Source of the DNA: Candidatus Parcubacteria bacterium
GTDB lineage: Bacteria; Patescibacteriota; Microgenomatia; UBA12405
Assembly (NCBI GenBank): GCA_023443725.1
Contig: JAEZTF010000010.1
Location: forward strand, 29,948-93,947
Reading direction: 5' to 3'
DNA: 64,000 nucleotides
The position numbers and the translations under genes are program-made. This document shows, one piece after another, positions 1 through 8,731 of the stretch (position 1 is its first letter; each line of letters opens with the position of its first letter). A model generated the notes under the pieces. It saw only the letters and a list, made by a program, of their open reading frames with translations. It was not told where the DNA came from and made no database searches.

Positions 1-39
1 AGAAATGTTACTTTTGAGATCAAAATCTATCAAAAACGT
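1..39. repeat. Copy 1 of a ~40-bp imperfect direct repeat (AGAAATGTTACTTTTGAGATCAAAATCTATCAAAAACGT); partner at 719..758
   Basis: Direct comparison of the two copies shows 2 substitutions and 1 extra A. The window edge may truncate this copy. Confidence 0.8.
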
Positions 40-73
40 TCCAACTTCGTCCCACACGGCCCGCAAAGTAATT

Positions 74-98
74 AATCCCCTATTTTAGGGGATTTTTT
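74..98 (+). terminator. GC-clamped hairpin AATCCCC-TATTTTA-GGGGATT followed by a T-run (intrinsic-terminator-like on + strand)
   Basis: 7-bp stem with a T-tract at 93..98. A related hairpin (ATCCCCTATTTGGGGA) recurs at 18921..18936. Confidence 0.5.
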
Positions 99-107
99 AA
101 TGAAATC

Positions 108-662
108 TTATGGATATTTAAGAAAATCAACTGATCCAGTTTTTTCTATTCTTTGATTATGTTTAAAAATCGCAATAACGGTAGCTAATTCGTTTAGAAC
201 TTCATTTCTTTGTGATATCATTTTTGCACGCATATCATAATGAGAACAGGTTTCTCCTTTGTTTTCCCACCAACAAGTATTGTCTTCTACGCTTCTATTG
301 TAACAACCAACTTGGTAACCGACTTGAGTTTTTACAACTCCTATTGCTTCTTTTGTAATATTAAAGTAACCGCTATAATCACCACTACCTTCAATCCAAT
401 GTTTGCAGTCTGTGTACACTAAAAAATAACCAGGGAACGAAAATGATGCCCCAGTTTCTATATGAATTGGTTTATCTGAATTCCCTTTTATAGTTATAAT
501 TCCTTTATCAATTACTTCTTGAAAAGCTGATACTACACCAAGATCAGTAAGGTCTTTTTGTGCTTCTGTAATATTTCTTTGTGATTCATTTCCACAAACA
601 CCGTTAATATTTTGTTGGGCGGAATTAACTCGATCAAGAAAACTAGGTCTTTCTGTAGGCAT
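108..662 (-). CDS. Hypothetical protein, Cys/Trp/Tyr-rich C-terminal half, no recognisable family
   Basis: 184-aa ORF from the track. No motif recognised. Bracketed by the 40-bp direct repeats. Confidence 0.55.
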   Translation of the reverse strand: MPTERPSFLDRVNSAQQNINGVCGNESQRNITEAQKDLTDLGVVSAFQEVIDKGIITIKGNSDKPIHIETGASFSFPGYFLVYTDCKHWIEGSGDYSGYFNITKEAIGVVKTQVGYQVGCYNRSVEDNTCWWENKGETCSHYDMRAKMISQRNEVLNELATVIAIFKHNQRIEKTGSVDFLKYP

Positions 663-718
663 TTTGTTTATTTAACGGATAATATCGAGTATATTACTTT
701 TTTCTACTTTTTCAATAT

Positions 719-758
719 AGAAATATTACTTTTGCGATCAAAATCTATCAAAAAACGT
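719..758. repeat. Copy 2 of the ~40-bp direct repeat (AGAAATATTACTTTTGCGATCAAAATCTATCAAAAAACGT)
   Basis: Near-identical to 1..39. Lies in the divergent intergenic region between ORF 108..662 and the GNAT gene. Confidence 0.8.
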
Positions 759-802
759 ACTATATTTATTTAATTATCTATTTCGTAGTTGTATAATTTG
801 GA

Positions 803-1225
803 ATGGAGATAGAAATATTAAAAAAGTCGGATATAGAATCATATAAAGCGTTAATCGATGAATGTTTTGATGGAAGTAATAGTATTTCTGAATATGAAAA
901 ATACGACACAGAAGCTAATTATAAAATTATAGTGGCGAAAAATGGAAATAAAGTTGTTGGAAGTGTTACTTTTTACAAATTAGATTTGTTTACTTTTTCT
1001 TTTCAACCAGCATTAGAAGTTTTTAATGTGGCAGTATTAAAAGAATATCGAGGTCAAAAAATTGCTAAAAAACTTTTTGAATATGTTATTGATTATGCCA
1101 AGAAAAATGGTTACAAATCGATAAATTTGACTTGTTTAGATACGGCTATATCGGCTCATAAACTTTATGAAAGTATTGGTTTTGTAAAAGCTAGTAGCAT
1201 TAAATATAATTTTTATTTAAAATAG
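803..1225 (+). CDS. GNAT-family N-acetyltransferase
   Basis: Acetyl-CoA-binding motif A (VLKEYRGQKIAKKLFEYVIDYAKKNGY), a C-terminal YESIGF element and typical 140-aa size. Confidence 0.8.
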   Translation: MEIEILKKSDIESYKALIDECFDGSNSISEYEKYDTEANYKIIVAKNGNKVVGSVTFYKLDLFTFSFQPALEVFNVAVLKEYRGQKIAKKLFEYVIDYAKKNGYKSINLTCLDTAISAHKLYESIGFVKASSIKYNFYLK

Positions 1226-1256
1226 TTTTTATTTTAGTTTTTTATTCTAAAGAAAA

Positions 1257-1282
1257 GCCGTATAAATAGGTATTTATACGGC
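1257..1282. terminator. 12-bp perfect hairpin GCCGTATAAATA-GG-TATTTATACGGC between convergent genes
   Basis: Perfect palindrome. A T-run follows on the minus strand (serving ORF 1303..1695) and an A-run precedes on the plus strand. Confidence 0.6.
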
Positions 1283-1302
1283 GTGGGTGCCAAAAAAGAG
1301 TG

Positions 1303-1695
1303 TTAATTTTGTTCAGGTGAAACGAATGATGCTTTGGCTTCTTCGTAATAAAAAGATAGGTTTGGATCTGCACATTTGTCAATGTCTTTGGTAATCATTT
1401 CCAATCTGACATCGGACTTGGCGGTGGCGATGAACTGTTGGAGAATGAAAATTGCCAGATTATTGTTTTCTTCGGAGTCGATAGCTGGATGATCTATGAA
1501 ATTGGTTTTAATAATTCCAAGATCGGTTTCGTCTGTTGTTTGACTGGTGATTTCTTTGACTTTGTCGTAGAAAGCCATAATCGTTTTGGGATTTTTTTTA
1601 CAGACCCTTAGTTCTGGAATCAGTCCGACAATTTCTACTACAGTTTTGGCGGCTTCAATCTTACTTTTCAACATTTTAAACACACTCCTTTTCAA
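1303..1695 (-). CDS. Hypothetical protein
   Basis: 130-aa ORF with no recognisable motif. By eye it is more G+C-rich than its neighbours. Confidence 0.5.
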   Translation of the reverse strand: MKRSVFKMLKSKIEAAKTVVEIVGLIPELRVCKKNPKTIMAFYDKVKEITSQTTDETDLGIIKTNFIDHPAIDSEENNNLAIFILQQFIATAKSDVRLEMITKDIDKCADPNLSFYYEEAKASFVSPEQN

Positions 1696-1800
1696 TGTTC
1701 TTTCTTACTTTTTTGAAAAACGCTATCGTTCTTCGGGGTAATCGGATTATAACACTCAAAGTGATTTACTTAAAAAAAATGAATAAAGTATAATGTAGCC

Positions 1801-2397
1801 ATGATTAAATTTATTTATTTTGACTTTGGGGCGGTATTAGTTAATTATGATAATGTTTTTACAAAAGTTTGTAATGATTTTGGTTTAGACAAAAATGAAT
1901 TTAAAAATTTTTATAACAATTTTGTAGATGAAATGGATGTGGGTAAGGATAGTGTTGATGGATTTTGGAAAAAATGTGTGGAAAATTTTAATCTCAATAA
2001 TGGTTTAAATTATAAATTGGCAAAATCTTGGGTGTCGGATTATAAAATTATTAAACCGATTTTTGAGATGATTACTTCTTTGGAAGGAAAAATAAAAATG
2101 GGAATTATTTCAAATATTCATGCAGATGTTTGGTGGGCAGCTTTTAATGATGATTGGGTTCCTAAAATAAAATATAGTGAGATTATATTGTCTTCTGACG
2201 TGGCGACAATGAAACCAGATAAAGAAATTTATGAAATAGCTCAAAAAAGATCAGGAGTAAATTCTAATGAAATTTTGTTTGTTGATGATAAACCAGAAAA
2301 TTTAGTTATCCCTGACAAAATGGGTTGGAAGACTGTGTTGTTTGATCAATTTAAAGCGGATGATGGTGTGTCTAGAATATTAGAATTGCTAAAATAA
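1801..2397 (+). CDS. HAD-superfamily hydrolase (subfamily IA-like)
   Basis: N-terminal FDFGAVLV (degenerate DxD motif I), ISN (motif II), KPDKEIYE and FVDD (motifs III/IV). Confidence 0.7.
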   Translation: MIKFIYFDFGAVLVNYDNVFTKVCNDFGLDKNEFKNFYNNFVDEMDVGKDSVDGFWKKCVENFNLNNGLNYKLAKSWVSDYKIIKPIFEMITSLEGKIKMGIISNIHADVWWAAFNDDWVPKIKYSEIILSSDVATMKPDKEIYEIAQKRSGVNSNEILFVDDKPENLVIPDKMGWKTVLFDQFKADDGVSRILELLK

Positions 2398-3477
2398 TTT
2401 ATTTTTTGGTCTAGAATAAATATTGGTAGCTAAAAAAGTGGTTATAGGAACAGCTAATATTAAACCAATACTACCAATTAAAGTTCGAATAATTTCTTCT
2501 GAAATCATTTCGAAATTGATAATTTCTGAAAATGGATGTGGATTATCAATAAATATTAATAATAATGGTAGTGAAGCACCAGCGTAAGCTAAAATTAAAG
2601 TGTTTACCATGGAAGCAATATGATCTCTACCAACTGACATGGAATGGTTATAAAGATCGATGCTTTTTAAAAATTTTCCAGTCTTCGAAAGTTCTTCAAC
2701 GACAGCTGTTTGAGCAATAGTAATATCATCTAAAACACCTAATGTTCCAAGAATAATTCCAGCCAATAAAATTCCCTTCATATTTAAATATGATTGTTTG
2801 AGAGATAACATACCAGCTTCTTCTGAGGAAAGTCCGGTTAAGTGTCCGATTTTAATAAAAATTGATCCTAAAACTATAGTGATAATAAGAGAAAGAATAG
2901 AGCTTACTATAGCGACAGTAGTTTTTTTGTTAAAGCCGTGAGTTAAATAAAAAGAAAAAGGAATAATGATTAGTGAACCAATAATGGCAATAGAAATAGG
3001 GTTACTGCCGGATGATATTTTTGGTAGGACATAAATAAAAACGATAATAAACGTAAAGGCCATACCTAAAATAGAAGAAACACCTTTCCATTTGGCAATA
3101 AAAATTAAAAAAACTAGGAAAATTATAGATAATAAAACTAAACTGTCAGTACGGACAAAATCAGTAATTGAATAGTGGTCTACCCCGTCAATATTGTCAT
3201 TAGTAACAATAACTCGATCATTACGGTTGTATTTTATAATATTGGCCAAAGCTTGGTCACCATTTTCAATAATTATTTTTTGATGATTGGAATCTAGCTC
3301 TAGTTCTAATTTTTGATAGAGTTGGTTAACTCCCATGACAGAAATTTGTTTTTCTTCAAGAATATTGGTGATTGTGGCTTTGGTAGATTGAGAATCAATT
3401 GCTTTAATTGATTTTGGTGACATCAAAAAAACCACCAAAAAAAATATAAAGATAAATATTTTTTTGAAAAAAGTCAT
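2389..3477 (-). CDS. YibE/F-like integral membrane protein
   Basis: N-terminal anchor plus an extracytoplasmic domain, then multiple TM helices. The GRDHIASMVNTLILAYAGASLPLLL segment resembles the YibE/F family signature as I recall it. Confidence 0.55.
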   Translation of the reverse strand: MTFFKKIFIFIFFLVVFLMSPKSIKAIDSQSTKATITNILEEKQISVMGVNQLYQKLELELDSNHQKIIIENGDQALANIIKYNRNDRVIVTNDNIDGVDHYSITDFVRTDSLVLLSIIFLVFLIFIAKWKGVSSILGMAFTFIIVFIYVLPKISSGSNPISIAIIGSLIIIPFSFYLTHGFNKKTTVAIVSSILSLIITIVLGSIFIKIGHLTGLSSEEAGMLSLKQSYLNMKGILLAGIILGTLGVLDDITIAQTAVVEELSKTGKFLKSIDLYNHSMSVGRDHIASMVNTLILAYAGASLPLLLIFIDNPHPFSEIINFEMISEEIIRTLIGSIGLILAVPITTFLATNIYSRPKNKLF

Positions 3478-3492
3478 TAATCTAGAATAGTT

Positions 3493-4104
3493 TTATTCTA
3501 GAATTCCGTCAAGGTTGACATCGTAGATGATTTCTTCACTAACAAGTCGATAAGAAAGAATCTCTTCTTTAGTAAACCAAACATCAATTTCGGCTTTGGC
3601 TTCTTCAACTGACCCAGAAGAATGGATAATATTTCTAACAGCTCGACTATCAGTGTCAGCCATAGAATAAGAATCGATAGTGTAATCACCTCTAATAGTG
3701 CCTGGAGCTGAAGAAAGTGGTTCTGTGGAACCAGTAATTTTTCTGACGATAGCGACTGCTCCATTTCCTTGCCATATCATAGCCACAACTGGACCACTGC
3801 TCATAAAATCTAAAAGTTTTCGTCTGATGCCTTCAGCAAATTCAACTGGGTCTTTACCAGGAAGTGGTCGACCTTGTTTTTCATAAGCTTCAAAAGATTT
3901 AGTACCGGTTTTAATAGCCCAATCAGGATCAGTAGAATAATGTTTTAGAGCCATTTCTTTAGTTGGAATAACCATTTTTAATGCAACTAATTTAAGTCCA
4001 CAAGTTTCATATCTTTTAATTACTTCACCGATTAGTCCTCTTTGAACTCCATCTGGTTTGATTAATACTAAAGTTTTTTCTTGTTTGACATCGTAATTTT
4101 TCAT
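3493..4104 (-). CDS. ndk: Nucleoside diphosphate kinase, long form with internal insertions and a C-terminal extension
   Basis: KTLVLIKPDGVQRGLIGEVI, FMSSGPVVAM and the NIIHSSGS active-site His region. About 60 aa longer than the E. coli-type Ndk. Confidence 0.85.
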   Translation of the reverse strand: MKNYDVKQEKTLVLIKPDGVQRGLIGEVIKRYETCGLKLVALKMVIPTKEMALKHYSTDPDWAIKTGTKSFEAYEKQGRPLPGKDPVEFAEGIRRKLLDFMSSGPVVAMIWQGNGAVAIVRKITGSTEPLSSAPGTIRGDYTIDSYSMADTDSRAVRNIIHSSGSVEEAKAEIDVWFTKEEILSYRLVSEEIIYDVNLDGILE

Positions 4105-4191
4105 AGTGGTTAATTTTGCCCTAATTTATTTAAATAATCAAGAAGAAGTTAAGCTTTGATTATATTGATGTTTGTCGATATAATAGATTAT

Positions 4192-4503
4192 ATGGATAAA
4201 ATATTTAAAGCCTTAGCAGATATAAATAGGAGAAAGATAATTACTTTGTTGAATAATAATCAAGAATTGTCTGTTAATCAGTTATTAAAATATTTTGACA
4301 ATATTGGACAATCAACATTGTCAAATCATTTATCAATTTTAAGAAAAGCGAAATTAGTGGAGTTTAAAATATTGGGGAAACAAAGAATATATAGGTTAAA
4401 CAAAGATTTATTAATGGCGTTTGCGGAAAATATGCGTAAATTCGTTGGAAAAACAGATGAATTTGTAGTAGATAATATTGAAATTAGAGGAATAAAGGTG
4501 TAA
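4192..4503 (+). CDS. ArsR/SmtB-family HTH transcriptional regulator
   Basis: FKALADINRRKIITLL...LSVNQLLKYF...STLSNHLSILRKAKLV winged-helix pattern. The ATG at 4192 is preferred over the track's TTG at 4156. Confidence 0.75.
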   Translation: MDKIFKALADINRRKIITLLNNNQELSVNQLLKYFDNIGQSTLSNHLSILRKAKLVEFKILGKQRIYRLNKDLLMAFAENMRKFVGKTDEFVVDNIEIRGIKV

Positions 4504-4504
4504 A

Positions 4505-5116
4505 TTGATATTTAGTTATAGTTTTTTATTATCATCAAATAATATGAATTTGAAGCGACTTAAAAGGAAATATTTTAATTCTACAGAAGAAATTGTAAGC
4601 ATGTTTTTGGGTTTAGTAATTGTGATGGTAGTAGTAGGTTTAATATTTAATTTTTTCCAAAGAAAAAAAGGAAACATCGCTATTCCTGGTTCTAGTGATA
4701 TTGAAATTAGCCAAAACGTAAAAGAAAATGTTAGCGAAAATGAATATGTTGTTAAGAAAGGAGATAATTTATGGAAAATAGCTGTTGATAAATATAAAGA
4801 TGGTTATAAATGGAGTCTGATTGCTAAAGAAAATAATTTAAAGAATCCTGGTAGTCTTGAGATTGGCCAAAAATTGATTTTACCTAAAATAGATAGTGAA
4901 GTTTTGACTGATGGTTCAACAACAAAAAAAGATACTAATTTATTAGTTGGGTCTGAATATAAAGTTGTTAAAAATGACAGTTTATGGAAAATATCAGTCA
5001 AGGTTTATGGTGATGGATATCAATGGGTAAAGATTTGGCAGGTTAATAAAATAAAACTTAATGATCCAAATAGTTTGGAAATTGGTATGATTTTAACGAT
5101 ACCGAGCTTGAAATAG
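4505..5116 (+). CDS. Membrane-anchored protein with two LysM peptidoglycan-binding repeats
   Basis: Two LysM repeats (YVVKKGDNLWKIA...IGQKLILP and YKVVKNDSLWKIS...IGMILTIP) and one TM helix. The true start is probably the ATG at 4544. Confidence 0.75.
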   Translation: MIFSYSFLLSSNNMNLKRLKRKYFNSTEEIVSMFLGLVIVMVVVGLIFNFFQRKKGNIAIPGSSDIEISQNVKENVSENEYVVKKGDNLWKIAVDKYKDGYKWSLIAKENNLKNPGSLEIGQKLILPKIDSEVLTDGSTTKKDTNLLVGSEYKVVKNDSLWKISVKVYGDGYQWVKIWQVNKIKLNDPNSLEIGMILTIPSLK

Positions 5117-5139
5117 TTCGCATGCTAAAATAAATCGTT

Positions 5140-5210
5140 GCGGCTATAGTTTAGTGGTAAAATGTGTCCTTCCCAAGGATAAGTCGAGGGTTCAATTCCC
5201 TCTAGCCGCT
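5140..5210 (+). tRNA. tRNA-Gly (anticodon CCC)
   Basis: Manual cloverleaf: acceptor GCGGCTA/TAGCCGC, anticodon loop TT-CCC-AA, T-arm GAGGG-TTCAATT-CCCTC, discriminator T. No encoded CCA. Confidence 0.9.
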
Positions 5211-5225
5211 CTCTTTTTATATTAG

Positions 5226-5296
5226 GCCGATATAGTTCAACGGCAGAACTGCGGTTTCGTAAACCGTCGATGGTAGTTCGACTCTACCTATCGGCT
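5226..5296 (+). tRNA. tRNA-Thr (anticodon CGT)
   Basis: Manual cloverleaf: acceptor GCCGATA/TATCGGC, anticodon loop TT-CGT-AA, T-arm GGTAG-TTCGACT-CTACC. No encoded CCA. Confidence 0.9.
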
Positions 5297-5324
5297 CTGA
5301 AAATTTGATACAATAAGTAACATT

Positions 5325-6038
5325 ATGGCTGAATTTAAAAGATCAAGGTTGGCTCGAAGAAATGACGAGACAGTAACAAAAAAGACTGTCTTTATGGGTT
5401 TTTTGACAATTTTGTCAATCATATTAGTAATATTATTTGGCTTACCATTGTTAGTAAAGTTTTCTGTTTTTTTGGGAAATACTAAGAAAGTAGACAGTTC
5501 TGATAAAAAACTAGTTCCACCATTGGCACCTAGATTGGTAATACCTTATGAAGCAACTAATAGTGCTAATATTTCTGTTAATGGATTTACTGAGGTTGGA
5601 GTTGAAGTAGAATTATTTAAAAATGAAGTTTCAATAGGTAAGACACAGGTTACAGAAAGTGGAGATTTTGTTTTTAAAAATATTCCTTTAGATGATGGAG
5701 ATAATAGTTTTAGTGCCTTAGCAATAAGTAAAGAGGCTGGTTCTAGTGACGGTTCAGTTCCTATAGTTGTATCTTTTGATAATAAAGCTCCCGATTTAAA
5801 AATAACTAATCCGGCTGAATCTGAATTGACAATAGATTATGCTGATTTTGATGTTATTGGAGAGTCGGAGAAAGATACTAGTGTAACGATTAATGGAAAA
5901 GTAGCCGTAGTTGATGATGATGGTAAGTTTAAATTAAAGTTTCAACTCAATATGGGTAAAAATGAATTAGAAGTAATAAGTAGAGATTTGGCAGGAAATG
6001 AAACTAAAAAAAAGATAACAATTACTTACAGTCTTTAA
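5325..6038 (+). CDS. Membrane-anchored extracytoplasmic protein with beta-rich (Ig-like) repeats
   Basis: N-terminal TM helix followed by beta-strand-pattern repeats (SVNGFTEVGVEVELFKN..., TINGKVAVVDDDGKF...). The fold assignment is inference. Confidence 0.5.
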   Translation: MAEFKRSRLARRNDETVTKKTVFMGFLTILSIILVILFGLPLLVKFSVFLGNTKKVDSSDKKLVPPLAPRLVIPYEATNSANISVNGFTEVGVEVELFKNEVSIGKTQVTESGDFVFKNIPLDDGDNSFSALAISKEAGSSDGSVPIVVSFDNKAPDLKITNPAESELTIDYADFDVIGESEKDTSVTINGKVAVVDDDGKFKLKFQLNMGKNELEVISRDLAGNETKKKITITYSL

Positions 6039-7111
6039 AATAAAACTAAAGATATTAATACCCAAGGATAGAGCAAGGAATTAGCAAATATAGAATGAAA
6101 TAAAATAGAAATGATCATGGTTTTTTGAAGAATCGAACTGTTGATAAATAAATCTTTAATTCCTAGTAAAAACAAAATACCACCGATTACTCCCGTAGAA
6201 ACAAATATAGTAGCCAAACTACCATCAAATCCAGAATTGGCATGAGAATTGGTTATTTTCTTATCTCGAACAAAAGAGATGTTGTTATAACCAATACCGA
6301 TGATTGGTGATTTTTTAAAATTTGTTAAAGCCTCTTGGTAATTTTGAATTTTGGCTGTTATAGAAGATGTTCTTTCTAATTTAGTTCCCTCTCCAGGTTG
6401 TCTAGGTAAAACAATTATGGTTAAAGACATAATAAATAAACTAATTAAAAATATATTTATTTTTTTATAATGTTTAGCAATATAAATAAAAGCAATTAAA
6501 AAAGATAAATAAGTGGAACGGCTATAGGTTAGAGCCATGGCGATGTAACTGATGATTAATAGTGGTATTCGATAAGGTGTTTTTTTGTTTAAAAAGGTTT
6601 TGATGATAAAAAATAGAAAAATTAAACCGGTGAAAGTGGGATCAAAGAAAGTACTAACCAATCGATATAAATGTGGATCCCAATTTAAAGCGTCAAAATA
6701 AGTAAAATTTGGCCAGAAGAAATATTGAATAAAACCAAAGATAATATTAGCAATAATAGATAAATAAAATATGTTCTTAAATTTATTTTCAATATTAAAA
6801 GGAAGAATAAAAAAGGATAATAAACAACTCAAGCGAATTAGATAAAAAAACGGTGTTAAAGAATTAATTTGAAATCGAAATAAATTAATTAATAAACTAA
6901 TCCAAGCAAAAATTAAAAAATATAAAAAATATTTATTTTTAATTTTAAAATTTTTAGTTTTGAAATGTGAATAAAGATTAAACAAAAATAATAAAATTAT
7001 AGATATGTCTATTAAAGGAAAAGATAAATTAAAAAGATTAATTCGATATATTTGACCAATAAAGAAAGAAAAAACGGTGAAAGTAAAAATTATAGTTGTG
7101 ATAAATGCCAT
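6035..7111 (-). CDS. O-antigen ligase/polymerase-like (Wzy_C-type) polytopic membrane protein
   Basis: About 10 TM helices. Has a YSRSTYLSFLIAF loop motif typical of Wzy_C/O-antigen ligase-like proteins. Sits next to GT2 genes. Confidence 0.5.
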   Translation of the reverse strand: MAFITTIIFTFTVFSFFIGQIYRINLFNLSFPLIDISIILLFLFNLYSHFKTKNFKIKNKYFLYFLIFAWISLLINLFRFQINSLTPFFYLIRLSCLLSFFILPFNIENKFKNIFYLSIIANIIFGFIQYFFWPNFTYFDALNWDPHLYRLVSTFFDPTFTGLIFLFFIIKTFLNKKTPYRIPLLIISYIAMALTYSRSTYLSFLIAFIYIAKHYKKINIFLISLFIMSLTIIVLPRQPGEGTKLERTSSITAKIQNYQEALTNFKKSPIIGIGYNNISFVRDKKITNSHANSGFDGSLATIFVSTGVIGGILFLLGIKDLFINSSILQKTMIISILFHSIFANSLLYPWVLISLVLF

Positions 7112-7863
7112 AGCTTAGATTTATTTAAAAAGACATGAAAACTAAGGCAGAGTGCCATAATAATTCCTGGAGTTCCATCTAAAAATCCAAATCTAAAGAT
7201 ATAGTTTTGGAGAAATTTACCAATTGGAAAGAAAATAATTTCAAAAAGATTAGTAGAAACTTTTTGGTCAAATAATTCTTGAGATCTAATAGTGGAATAA
7301 AGATCAATTTTCTCCATAAAAGATTTTAAATTTTTATGAGAATTATGATTAATAACTAAATCTGTTTCTTTGGTTGTTTTTACAGATACCCAAGTTTCAT
7401 GAACCTGACCATCAAATTTACCAAAATTTTTATTGAACAATCGAGTGAATTTTAAAGAAGCCGTTTCACCATGTTTTAACGTATTACCAAGGAAGATGTC
7501 TTGGCGTTTAAAAGAATAATTGTTATATTTATGTTTATCGATATGATTTAAAAATCCGATTAATTTTTTACTTGGATATTCGTCAGCATCAAGCCAAAAG
7601 ACTAAATCATTGGATGCTTTGCAAATTCCAAAATTACGTTGAGCGGAAAAATCATTATTTAATCCCCTATTAAAGACTTTAACATTTCTGTTTTTTGAAT
7701 TTAATTTTTTAGCAGTTTCGACAGTATCGTCTGTAGAATTGTCATCGACAATAATTACTTCATTAATAGTTTTGCATTCGTCTAACCATTTAAAATTGTT
7801 CTTTAAATTTTCCGATTCGTTTTTGGTGATCAGGAGAAGCGAGATGTTAGTCAATTTTTTCAT
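7090..7863 (-). CDS. Glycosyltransferase family 2
   Basis: LLLITKNESENL...IIVDDNSTDDT...DADEY (GT-A DxD). Confidence 0.75.
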   Translation of the reverse strand: MKKLTNISLLLITKNESENLKNNFKWLDECKTINEVIIVDDNSTDDTVETAKKLNSKNRNVKVFNRGLNNDFSAQRNFGICKASNDLVFWLDADEYPSKKLIGFLNHIDKHKYNNYSFKRQDIFLGNTLKHGETASLKFTRLFNKNFGKFDGQVHETWVSVKTTKETDLVINHNSHKNLKSFMEKIDLYSTIRSQELFDQKVSTNLFEIIFFPIGKFLQNYIFRFGFLDGTPGIIMALCLSFHVFLNKSKLWHLSQL

Positions 7864-8704
7864 GATTTAATGTGTTTCTAATCTTTAAAATTGATTCTTC
7901 AATGGTAAAAATAGTATTTAATATTATAGCTTGAATCTTAGGAAGATGTTTTTTAAAAAATATTTTTCTAGATTTATACCAATAATTTAGAGATGTTCGA
8001 TATTTATTAGGGGTGCTAACTCCTCCGATATGTATTACGAAAGAATTTGGATCAAAAATAACTTTCAGACCATTTTCATTGTTTTTTATTCCAAAATCCA
8101 CATCTTCCATATACATAAAATAATCTTCACTAAATAAGTTTAATTTATTTCTTTTTAATCATCTGAATATCATATATGCACCACAGACTGCTGATACTTC
8201 TTTGGGTTCTGTAATTTTAATATTTTGTTCTATCCAGAATTCTTTGGAATATTTATTTTTTGGAAATATTTTTTTGAGATTAGTAAATTCAAAAATTCCT
8301 GTTAAAAATGTGGGTTTATTATTTGCACTTGGATATATTTTATGGTTTGGAAAAAAAATTTTTCCACCAATAACACCTATACTAGAATCTTCATTAATTA
8401 GATTAAATGTTTTTTTTATTGAATCGTTAGTAAAATAAGTATCTGGATTTAATAGTAGGATTAATTTTGATTTTGATATCTTTATTCCTTGATTAACAGC
8501 TTTTGCAAATCCTAAATTTTTTTTGTTTTTAATTATTTTAATATTTTTATTTTTTTTAAGATTAAAATTATTTGAATTATTATCAATTATTATTATTTTA
8601 TTTAGTATTTTTGATATTTTTTTTGTTGACTGAATTAATTTTTTTAAACAGTTTGTTGAATTATAATTAACTACAATTAAATCTAATTTTTTTTCTATTG
8701 ACAT
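7847..8704 (-). pseudogene. GT2 (rhamnosyltransferase-like) gene interrupted by one in-frame TGA (8159..8161)
   Basis: Track ORFs 8159..8704 and 7847..8116 are in the same frame. Read-through gives ...GAYMIFR*LKRNKLNLFSEDYFMYMEDVDFGIK..., colinear with intact paralogs at 47207..48130 and 50724..51629. Confidence 0.75.
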
Positions 8705-8731
8705 ATTTGATAAATTATTTACACTTTAATT

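Noticed and set aside
803-1225. The GNAT gene as a GNAT-type toxin (TacT/AtaT-like) of a toxin-antitoxin pair.
   Set aside because: No small RHH/DUF1778-type antitoxin ORF lies upstream or overlapping, and the neighbouring genes are divergent or convergent orphans.
5117-5324. The tRNA-Gly/tRNA-Thr pair (and tRNA-Val at 12834..12909) as integration sites for a mobile element.
   Set aside because: No integrase, no duplicated tRNA 3' fragment and no phage or IS genes lie nearby.
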